Source: Thalia democratica (taxonomy: Eukaryota). From it: a DNA stretch of 64,000 nucleotides. Below are positions 49,601 to 61,600 of the stretch, piece after piece (positions within the stretch are counted from its first letter, which is position 1; the number at the start of each line of letters is the position of its first letter). Position numbers and translations under genes: made by a program. Under the pieces are notes generated by a model. That model did no database searches. It was not told where the DNA came from and worked only from the letters and a program-made list of their open reading frames with translations. The stretch covers positions 23,808,001 through 23,872,000 of the forward strand of contig OZ241833.1 in assembly GCA_965202585.1 (NCBI GenBank), written 5' to 3'.

Positions 49601-52600
49601 AAACTTTTATCTTTTAACATTTTTTTTCTTACTTAAGACTGTTAAGATTTTCAAATTATTAAGTATAAAAAGTTTTTTTTTTTTGTTCTAAGCTGCTAGA
49701 AAATTCGATTTATAATCTATGTCTAAACAATTTTAACTTCAATTTATTTTCAATACTACAGCCAATGGGTATAAAACGCGTCAAAGTAATTTGGTTTTCA
49801 ATAAAGAATCTACATCTGAAAGGCTCAGTGACATTTCTCAAATAAGGCACTATCTCTCTGAAATGTGCGATTACATGAATGATACCTACCACGATTACAC
49901 CATGATGAGTAGAAGCTTCAGTCAGATGGTACACCACTTGAGACAATTGGATGTCGCGGCAGTCACTCAAGCGTACGAATCACTGGAAGGAGTGTGTCCA
50001 ACTAACAATGATGAAATTAAGTTTGAGTTTATTTGTTAACTTTGAAAGTTTTTATTTTATTTTATTTACTTGTAAACCCATTTAGAAATTATTTAAAATT
50101 TAAAACCTATTTTAATAAACATATTTTAGCTAGTTTTTTTTATAGTAGCTGCTTTATTCAATTTGCAGTAATTATCTTTTTTATAACGAATTAAGTATAC
50201 ATATATATAAAAGTTTATGCTGTAATAAGTTGTTAGTAATTTTTTTAAGGTTTTTGTTCTTATTAGCCTTGACTATTTCACACTTGTCAGGATTTCGTAA
50301 AATTTTAAAATGTGCACACAAAAAACATTTACACATATTCTAAGATACGCTAGCTTAATTAAAAACACAAACTAGAGCTAGTTATACAATTAAAGAAAAC
50401 ACAATTTAAAAGAGTTTTGTTTTCATCAGGAACGTATTCACGGATGCACTCAAGTACTGCGGCGAAGAAGGATGTGTGCAGTTTGGTGCGAAACTGATTG
50501 CTCAAGGCGTATTGGACGATTCAGCTTCCCTTGACTGGCTTATTAGCATCAACTTGGTTTCAAACCCAACACCTAAAATGTTGGAAGGACTCGTAGTTAG
50601 TCATTGCACTTTTAAAGCGATTTCTGATCTTTATAAAACTTGCTAATTCTATTTGAATTTAAAAATAAGTTTACTATAGTAAGTAATTATCTTTCAAGAA
50701 ATTTTAAACATACATAACATATTTAATGAATTATTTTTTAAATTTAGGACGTGTTGAAATCTGGTAGATTGAAGGAAGAATCATACTTGACAACTGGATC
50801 AGTTATTTACGGAATCTGCAACTCACAAAAAAGTTGTATTAGACAAACCTCAGTAAACGATGCCCTGAGCTTTTTTGAAAAGAAGCTGGGTAACAACTGC
50901 TTCACACCTAACGACCAACGAAAGCAAGAAATAATCCTTGCATTGAGAGCTATTGGTAACGCTGGTACCGCAAACTCTGTCAGTACTGTTGCATCCTGTG
51001 CAACCGAAGACCGTAACGACGTCGAAACAAGGGTTGCTGCCATCCAAGCTCTGAGAAGAATGCCTTGTGGATCCACTAAGTTTTTTGAAAATCTCGTTTT
51101 TGATTCTAACCAAGATTCAGAGATCCGCATAAACGCATACTTAACCAGCATGAAGTGCCCGACTGCAAACTTTATGTCAAATCTCATTGTAATGATGGAT
51201 GATGAGCCTAGCTTGCAAATGTCTAGTTTTGTATCAACCCACATAAGAAATCTTATCTCTTCAAGCGATCCACTTAAAAATTATCTTAAACCGTATCTAG
51301 TTGAAGCTGAGTTTATGAAACTTAATTATCTTGATCCAACAAAATACTCTCACAATTATGAAGTGTCTTACTTTTCGGAAGTACTCAATGCTGGTGTTAA
51401 TGGTGATGCCAACATAGTTTTTTCACCAAAGTCATTTGTTCCAAGAGCCGCGTCCCTAAACCTAACTCTTGAACTGTTCGGGCAAGCTGTGAACATTTTC
51501 GAATTCGGAGGTCGTGTTGAAGGAGTGGAGAACATTCTACAAGATATTATGAAAGAAAAAATTTTGCAACCAGACACTGGAATCGGTAAAATATTCGGCT
51601 CCAGCGAGCCTGAGGAAGAAGATGAGAATGCCGAAGCAGATGACGAAATAAAGAGTCTTGCTTCTGACTCGAACATTGCTGCAACCAACAAAAAATACAA
51701 GTCAAACGTACAAAAGGATCAGTTCAGCGCTTCCTGGTACATGAGAATGTTTGGAAATGAAATGAAGTACGGAAACACTAAAAATCCTAACTTTTATCAA
51801 CAAACAAATTTCGAGTTTAATCCTTTTGATTCTTTCCTAAAACTTGAGCATCTCATTCACGGCCGTGAGTTTGGATACCATAAAAATATGATGTTAGTCA
51901 CCACAGATGTTACTTTACCAACAATGGTCGGTCTGCCATTAAGAATGGCAGTTAATGGAACGGCCAACCTTTCTTTTCATGGAACTGGTAAAGTAGACTT
52001 CGCTGCTTTATCTGATGGCAAGCTATCATTCGGCGCAGAGTTCTATCCGAGAGCATCAGTCGTTTTCAATGCGGAAATGACGGTTGATTCTCATATCACA
52101 ACCACAGGAGTTCAAACCGAATCTAGCGCTCTCAACTCGTGGAAGCTTTCTGGAGTCACTGAAATGACGAGTTCGAAATTTTCCGTGAAACTAGGAGTGC
52201 CCGAACACCACGAGCCTGTTTTTAAGAGATCCCACAAGCTAAAGACAGTCCAAAAGCACTTTGATGACGTGAAACAAGACGGCGTGGAACGAAACTGCTT
52301 CAATCTTTTCCTCGGTCAAGAAATTTGTGAGTTGAAATCTTCAGAAAGCTCATTATTTCCCCAAAGCGGTGTGGCTTTTTACGAAGCGTTTTTTAATACC
52401 GCACCTGATCGCGAATACTACTCTTTGGACATGAGCTACGACTACGTCGCTGACGAAGACAGCGTCGTGCCCGCCTACTTGATGGGAGGCATCGTGTTTG
52501 ATACGTCAGACGAGTACAGTAACTTACGTCATCAGATGAGGTTTGAGATGAACAAAGACGAAGGAATACTTACGTCATCTATCACGTATCCGCGGGAAAG

Positions 52601-55600
52601 AAGAGAAACTTTCAGCCAGGAGCTTAGCGCGCAGTACAACAAAGTTGGAAACAGTCATGAAGTTGTCGTTAACATGAACAACAATGGAACTAAGCAACAG
52701 TTAATGAGAGTTAGTTAACTTAATGTTATATTTAAATTTAGTTGGAAATAATTTAGTGCAGTATATACTTATTTTTTTGTTATTAATAAAACAAGTTTAT
52801 TAAAATTATTTTAAACCAATGCAAATTAAATTATTTAGACTACTTTTGACGATGGTAAACTCGATGAAATACCAAGTTTTAGATTAAATTCGACTATTTC
52901 AACATGGTCCGGTAAAAGTATTAAAGTTTGTTTTGAAAGATTTTACAAGAAATCGCAAAAAATATTACTTGAATCATCTTTCGTTGGTTTCTTGGACGAA
53001 CCTATTGAATTTAAATGTTTGTCAAGCAATAGTTGTTGTTAAGTAAACGTCAAACTTTTCTTCTCATCTTTTTTATACGATATATTTGGTTGTTTTAAAA
53101 ACATTTTCAGATCATTTCACTGATTTGTCATACATAAGAAGAGCTAACCAATTTCACGTAAAAGGAGATGTATTAGTTTTAATTCCAAAAGTCTACAAAA
53201 ATAATGCGTCTGTTAGTATTTATGGTACGAATGATCCAGACAACTGGAAGACTACTATTGACTACTCAACAATGGGAAATAAGGAAGAAAGGTTTTATAT
53301 TAATAAAATTTATGATGCAAAGTTTTAATTTTGGAAGATGCTTTAATTTTAAAACATTAACTTTAACTTTTTTTTCAGTATAAAATATGTGCTAAGAAGA
53401 AGCATTACTGATGAACAACAAGCATTTTTTATGAAATTTTATTCTTCTCAGTATCCAAGCATTAACGCCGTTTTTGATAATAGCTGCACAAGCACAAACG
53501 AAACTAGTCAATTTGAAATATCTTTTGCGTACGGAGAAAATGCGTTGGAAAAGAACAACGATAAGTATGTAAAACTCCGAAATGTTTATACTACTAAAGG
53601 ATCCTCAAACTCGCAGACATCGTCAAGCGGTGAACTTCAACTGCAAATAAGTGAGCTGAAGTTTGAAAAACTGTTTAGTTGGAAGTTCGCTTTCGACCCG
53701 ATGAAAGTGCTGGTGAGTCTCTCAGTCGACAACGACGATTACTTGAAAGTGTTGTTCCAAGATAGCACCGAGGAAAACGGCCTGCTGCACAAGTCGATGG
53801 TTCTTCTCATCCCGACGCCCTGGTTGAAGCTGAAGCTCATCAACGACATTCAGCAGACGGCTGCAGGCGTGTACAGAGTTTCGGGTAAACTGGATGGCGG
53901 TCGCGGCATGCAGTTTGACACCAACGCCCAAATACAAAACCTTGTCAGCAAAAAAGCCGTTGAAATTCGAGTGAAAGGAGGTAACGAAACCGTTTTTTAC
54001 TTTCGTTCAGTACAAGCAATTTCGTTCATCTATAGCAACATTTCAAGTACAAATGAATTGAGGTCTAAATTTTTAAAACATCCAGTTATATTAAATTTTA
54101 TTTTAAAAGAAACAGTTCCGTATTTAACAATTGGAAGTGAAATAGTTTTTATGGCTTTAGGTAATACTTACTCAGCTAATTTTGAGGTAGAAATTTTACC
54201 AAAAAGCATTCGCTTTAAAACAAAGGTTGAGTTTGCCGATCAATGGAACAAAAGTAAGTTTTTTGAACTAGTCACTTCCCACAGCAAAAACTTCAAAGAT
54301 AATAAAAACTTAAATTTTGAAACTGGCCTTTCAATTAATACTAATGCATCACCCTTCTTTCGAAATATTCATGCTAAGATAGTTTACAGTAAGAAGGATT
54401 CGAATATGAGCTTCGACTCCTTTTACGAGCAGGACAGTCAAAATATTATTCAAGTTTCACTTTTATATGATGAAAATAATGACAACATTGACAAAAAAAT
54501 GGTGTTTTTTCTAAATCAAATGTTAACTGTCCTCATAACCAAAGAAAACAGTATTATTCTTTCAATAAATGATAACATGTACACGGTTGATGATGGAGAC
54601 TATTTAATTCAAATTACAAATACACCGGGCCAAATTAAGGTTTCTTATAAAATTCGTGCGACTAAAGAACTTTTTTTTTTCATGTTTTCGAAAACTTCTA
54701 GTGGAGTCCAAAGCGAAATGAGTTACGATAAAAAAAAGATTTCAGCAATAATTGAAGTAAGTGATAACAAGTTTGTTGCTACTCTAAGCAATGACTTTTA
54801 CATACCAATACCTTTTATACTTCCCGTTGTTCCAAAAACAGCTTCATTAAGTGCTGCATTAGAAACTGAAACACTTAAAGACTTGCACCAGAAGAAGTTT
54901 TCATCTTATTTGGAAATAAACAATGAAACAGTTTTGTTTGAAACAAATTGTAAAAACCAACGCGGTATTCGTGATTGTGAAGCTACACTTAAGGGAGACA
55001 AACTAGCCGGTGCAGATATACCTCAATCTAAAATAGCCATAAAGGTAGACCAAAAAAATACTGTAAACTTCCAAGTCATTGCAGGCATTGACGTTGATAT
55101 CAGCCAAATTGCGTTGGAAAACGCAGATGGATGTTTCGGTTTGTTTAATTTTAAAGTGCAGTATCAGGACCAAACTTACCAACTTTTCGCAAAAATTGAT
55201 GAACTTTTTATAAGCTCAAAACTCATGTTGAACAAAGCAAAAACCTCGGTTCACTTTCACTACATTGATAAATATACTTATGGTAAATTTCCTAGCTATG
55301 TTAAAGTAGTGGGTGAATTTTTTTCTGATTGGAAAGTGATGAACGTTCAAAAAAATGTCAGCTTTAGTTTGATATATTCTTTTGACGATTCCACTTTCAA
55401 CATCAACTCATCACTACAGTTGGATCATGTTACACTGGTTTTACATTTATTTCTTAAAAGTAAATCAACAAGTGGTATAACAATTAAAAATGAGCTTATA
55501 GCGTATTCGTTCAATGAACAAGCATTTTATTTTAGCAGTGAACTTGTTTCAAACGAAATTGCAAAAGTTACTGGGTTTTTAAAAAGAATTGGTTCAAAAA

Positions 55601-58600
55601 CGTTTACATTTTCACTTAAAATAGTACCAGAGGTGTATGATGATAACCGCAAACTTATTATAACTTTAGAAAACGATCTTAATAATCCAGCAACTTCAAC
55701 GTTTTCGATGATTCCGTCATTTGTCCAAATTGAGTTAGAGTTCTTGGTTAAACACTACTTTTATGACTTTTCAAGTCTAGCGAAAATCGTAACGACTGTT
55801 AAAAGAAGATATCCTGGGATGATAAATTTTACATATGTTAACAATGCTGAAGCTTTTCTCTTGTATAAGTTAATTGGGCCGAGCTTTCAGTTCGGGGAAA
55901 TGCATAACTTTGAACTTGACTGGCTACCACAGAATTTTAATCTCAGCATAGATATTTCAAGCTCTGATTCCCAAGCTAAGCTTATTTATAAATCAGTAAG
56001 TATCAATTGGACAGACGGAAACGAAAACCAGCATATTGTTTTTTCATATACGATAAGTCCAATCGAAATTTCTTTCTACTCTTTTTTCGAACATAAAGCT
56101 TCTTTCCTACAATATTTCTACGTTCCTGAAAGTTTTTCTGTCGAATTTTCGCAAACTAGTTTCGTTTTTGATACTATATTACAAAACAAAGAAAGAAAGA
56201 GTTTTTATCTAACTTTTGACTTCATAACTGCTTCCAAAAAGCTTGTTTTAAAAGCTGAACATAACTTTTTTATCTTAGAGTATTACGGAATCCCTACTGT
56301 AATGGGAATTGAAGGAAAACTTCAGTTATCACCATGGGAAATTTACCTTGTTGCAACTGGTGTATGGGGTGAGAGAAAAGAAAATATTGAAGTCGAACTC
56401 AGCTATGAAGGAAATTCTGTTTTTCAATTTACTGAAATTGTATATAAGCACAAACAGACGTTGTTTACAGATTATGTTCCTGAAAAGATGGTTGTGAACT
56501 TGTTTAAAGATTTAGATTTTTACGAAGCCGGTATTTACCTCAACGCAGATGGCAGAGATTTTAAAATCGAGTATCAAACTGAAAATGACGATGGTGAGCT
56601 TAAAATTGAATTTTCACTGTCTCAAAACTTTTTCCAAGATTCATCAAAACTTCCGTCGAAACTAAAACTAGTTTATAAACATAAAGTTCTCGATCCAGGC
56701 CGTTTAACTTTTGATAGCTCAGTTTTTTTATCAACAGACAGATTTACTTTATCTTCATCGCTTTTAATGTCATCATCAAAAATATTAATCGTTTTCAACA
56801 TAAACAAAACGGAAATTTTCAAGTTTGAGACTTTCCAGCTTGAACGAAGAATACACTGCATGTTTAATCTCCCTAAAATGGTGAGCATTGAAGTAGCGGT
56901 ATCCTATCTTAAAAAGTTAAAATTTCAGGCAATAATCAACAGCAAACTGAAGTATGAAGTAGTTGTAGAAAATTTTCGTTTGTCCAGTGTAGATGTTGAT
57001 CTTAAAGTCAAGTACACCGACTATGAACCTTTTTCTACGAATGAAGTAAGAAACCAAGCTGAATTCAGTTTTGCTATGTTTATTTCCAAGTACGATTTTT
57101 TTGCTGTAAATGCATCTTTAGAAATTAACGGACAGATTTCTTTAATTGAAATGATTGTTACACCACCAAGCATAAAGTTACTAGCTAAGAACTCATTAGG
57201 CTTACCGTTCCTAAAAACTTTTGACTTCATATTTGATTTAACACCAGGGAATGTTTTTGTTAACTTGGACTTTAATGGAAACACTCTTTTTAAACTCGAG
57301 CCCGTTAAATATCGGGGCTTACTTTGCATTTTAAAAGTTCCAGGAACTTTAAATTTTGAAGTTTTATTGTCCACAATCGACCATGGTTATAAAGCTGTTG
57401 GGTCAATTAACCGAGCTGATTTCGAAGCTCGTTTAGTTAAAAAGATAAATGTAAACGGTTATGAATTATTTTGCAAAATTGATGCTTTTTCTGAAGATTT
57501 TCTAAAAGTAAATATAAATTATTCTAACATGTTTGATGGTTTTGCTGGAAACGCAGATTTTGAAATATTTGGAAGGGTTTTATCCTCTAGTATTGAGATT
57601 ACAAATAGTATAATTGAAGTTGTTGTGAAAAATCCTGATTTTATCGCAGACTTACGTTTACCAGAAATAATACAATTCAAGTATAACGACGCTCCTCGTT
57701 CGACATTGATACTGTTAAATATAAATGAAAAAATAGTAACTGAAATTAGTATTTTTTCCACTAAACCATACTGCATATTGGACGTAAGAGACTATTTTTA
57801 TTTTGAGATACATCAGGTTGATTATCAAATTTTTGGAAGAATAAACAGGAACTTAAATTTCAACTTATTATTAGAACATCATGATCCTAACATTTTTTCC
57901 TTGTCAGCTAGCGCCAACGGGTCAATTAACATTTACAAAGATGTTTACAATTTCGATGAATCAATTTTACTTTCAGTCGGGTTCTCCGAATCTGATTTAA
58001 ACGATTTATGTTCTATTTTTGTTAATATAACAACTAAAATTTTAAGTTTTGAGCTTTTTTTTACTGATAATTCATCTGTAGTAATTATAGAAACAAAGTT
58101 TTGCGGTATTGATCTAGAAATGTACTTACATCCTAGTAGAATTATGTTTAGTTACGGTGGCGCTGTATCTTTGTTCTCGATGGAAATTGAAAATGGAAGC
58201 GAAGTTGCAATCAATTTTGGAATACTAAACGAAACGTACACTGCAAGTATTAAATCTACAGAAAAAAGTTTGAAGTTTATAGTTAACAATGAAATTGACG
58301 GAACTTTAAACAATAAGTTTCATCTCAGTTTTAGTGTAGAAGACGATAACAAAAATAAACTAAATATTCATTACCACAAACTTGGTTCTATTTCTTATAA
58401 CTTTGACTACGTAGGTAACTCAAGTGAAATTAATTCTAAATTTGAAATAAAAGATAAACATTACTTTAACCACTTGATTTCCTTTAACACTACTTTCGTA
58501 TCAGAAAACTGTGAAGTAAAACTTTTACTCGAGAACTTTGAATTATTCGGTCATAAAGCTGAAGGTTTGTTTAACTTGGAACAAAACAGTGAAGGATACA

Positions 58601-61600
58601 AAACAAACTTTGACTTCACCCGATTATCGAGAGAAAACGATAGGGAACCATTTCACATGAGCTTTGAGAATACATTTGCATACAATGAAGACCTATGGGA
58701 GACTAAAACATCTCTACACCTAAATCGCATTCCAGCTCTAGTATTTGTTATGAAAAGTGACAGTTACAACTACACGATCAGTCTGATTAGTCAAACGGGG
58801 CTGCTGCCGAGAACTTTTAATTGCAGTTCTTTTTCATTGAAACTATCAACACGGTATTTAGAGCCGAACGAGTTTATTCTAACTGTAGACGAGCAGGATT
58901 TATACAAACTCGTTTACAACGACAGTTATGACTCTCGTGGCCGTGAATATTTCCAAACAGTTGAGCTCACGCACCCGCACAACGTAAAAGTTTTCGGTTT
59001 TCAAGTGCCAAGACGTAACGTAGTAAAGTCGGTTTGGACGAAAAGCGCGGTGGTGGTCGCTTTTACCAACGAGCTCGTTCAAGAGCCTTGTAATGTAACG
59101 TTTGATTTGACAGAAGGTTCTGTTAACTTTTCGTTTGTTGCCGATAGCCCTTCCAGCGAGTATTCTTCTTTGAAAGTGTCGTGCAGCATCGATAGCACTA
59201 CATTTCACGTAAGAGTAAGCATTCCCAAGACTAAAACTGAGCTTGAGCTCTTTTTTACAGTTGTGAACGACGAACAAGAAAAGGGGTTTAAAACTTCACT
59301 GGCAATGTTGCATCAACTAGGGATTGAAAATTGGCAATTAAACGCTGTTTACAACAATGAAAACCGAACGGTTTCAATAGGTTTTGGAAGACACCAACTG
59401 TCTATTTCATTTGATATAGTTGTGCTTAAAAACAAAGTTATATTTAATCTAATTAATACTTCAACAAGTGACAAATTTTTAATCGCCGGAATGAATATTA
59501 GCTTTAAAAAAAACGAGATTCTGAACATTGAATTTAAATTAGAACCTGGTTTTTTAAATTTTTCTAAATTGTTCATAAGAAAACTTTACAATTTTTCTTT
59601 GAATATGTATGTTAACTTTCAGTATTTTGCAAGCTTTGTCTCTGAAAGTGATGAGATTAACGAAGGTGTTCTTATATTTTTGAAAAAAATTATTTTGTTA
59701 TGGGAAAATATTATATATCAAATCGACAAATGCTTTAATTTTATAAATAGTTTTAAAGAATCAGAATCTGGTTTTACCGAACTTAAAAAGAAAAATATCA
59801 TTGATGCTATAAGTTACACCAAGGCTATTAATAGTTATGTTGAGAAACCTTTGGATAGTTATCTTCAACAATACAAAGTTCAATTTGTTACTAGCATTTT
59901 GAAAGTTGTTAAAGAAAAGCTAAAAGCGTTTAAATTGGCTTTTGATTACTTAGATTCTGGTGATGCATTTAATCAAATACTTGAAGACAGATTATTAACG
60001 TTAAGTGATTATGTAACAAGTTCAATCAGCAATGAATTTGAATTAATTGTTAAATCACTGGAAGACTTGGTGGTTGTAACAGATGACGATGTTTTTATAA
60101 CAATTTCACTTTTTATGAAAGTAAGATTGTTTTATTTTTTTCCATAGTTAATTTTTAATTGAATACTTATTTTAAATTTTATTAAAATATGAATCGATTT
60201 ATAAAAATTTTGCAAAAAAATTAAATTCTTGCTATAATAAGTTTCATTAATCTTTTTTTTCAAACTGTCTGTACCGATAATAAAAAAGTCTGATCTCAAC
60301 ACAGATAACAAACATCGAACTTTTGAGTCGTCCTAGTCCTTCGGATTCAAACTTGAAATATTGGACACAAGACAAAACAATAAGCAGTCAATTCAACAAG
60401 TTGTTTTCTTATGCACAGTTTTTCTCTGACAGCTACTACAAAGCTAAAGCTTTCTTAAGCTTGCCAATTACTGACCATATTCCTCCGAAAAAGGTTCATT
60501 TTTTCTTTTAAATCTCAAGAATAAATCAAAATTAACTTACAAAACTTAAGCTTTTTCATACTAATTTTATATTTTATTAGGGACGAGCATTTGTATCGGA
60601 CTTCAAGAACTTCCGTACTTTCGATGGTTGTCACTTTTATTTTAAAAGTGATTGTGAAAGTAGCCACATACTAGCAACTGATGGTAGTAATGGACTTTTT
60701 ACCATCCTTATTAACTACAAAAAAGATACACCGTCCTACGATGTTAGAATTGGAAGTGAAAGTGTTATTATTACCTCTGATGGAAATGTAGCGTACAACA
60801 ACCAAAACATTGTTCTTCCCTTTGTTTTAAGTAATGGACTCGTAAGTAATTCAAACAAATTGACAAAAATATCTATTTTATTTGAATATGAAACGCAAAC
60901 ATATACTTAAATATATTTTTTAAGATTAAGCTTTGATTTAAGCAAAAATAAATAGAATTTACAACATTTTTTTTAATTACACTTTTACACCAAAATTGCT
61001 TAAACTTTATATTAATAATGACTTATAAAGAAATATTTAATCTTTCAGATCGTTGTACAAAGTGATAGCATAATCAAAGTATCTTTCCATTATTATATAA
61101 ACGTAAAGTACGATATACAAACTAGTTTGCTTTCTCTTGAAATCGATCCGTTTTACTTTGCTTCAACTGGAGGTCTTCTTGGTGTCTTCGATAACGAGCC
61201 AGCTTTTGATTTTATTAGTCCTGTCGGTGAACTAAAGACAAATGCAGAAGACTTTGCAAAATCTTGGGAGGTAAAATAATACGTTTTTTTTTTATATTAA
61301 AACTTATTTTTCTATTAGAACAGGGATCGCAAGACACTTAGTGGTCGCGAAACACATTTGTAGTTTTAGTTTTTACTCTTCATAAAATACCAAAAACATC
61401 TAATGTACCAAAAATGTCTAATGTACGTAGTTTTGAGTTTCCCGTGAAACATTTCATTTGCCCTCATTTAAAAACTCAAAACATCTATTGAAAGTTTAAA
61501 AGTTTTCCTTGTCAGGCAAAATTTGCATGTTCATAAGCCGCAGTTTTACCTTTTATGGACAACATCCAATTTAAAACAAAAGCATTTTTGTGGGCCGTAA

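Noticed and set aside
50807-59576. Minus-strand and off-frame ORFs overlapping the lipoprotein exons (for example 50807-51244, 51368-51700, 57021-57374, 58900-59277)
   Set aside because: They are antisense by-products of long coding exons, with no recognisable domains or splice support.
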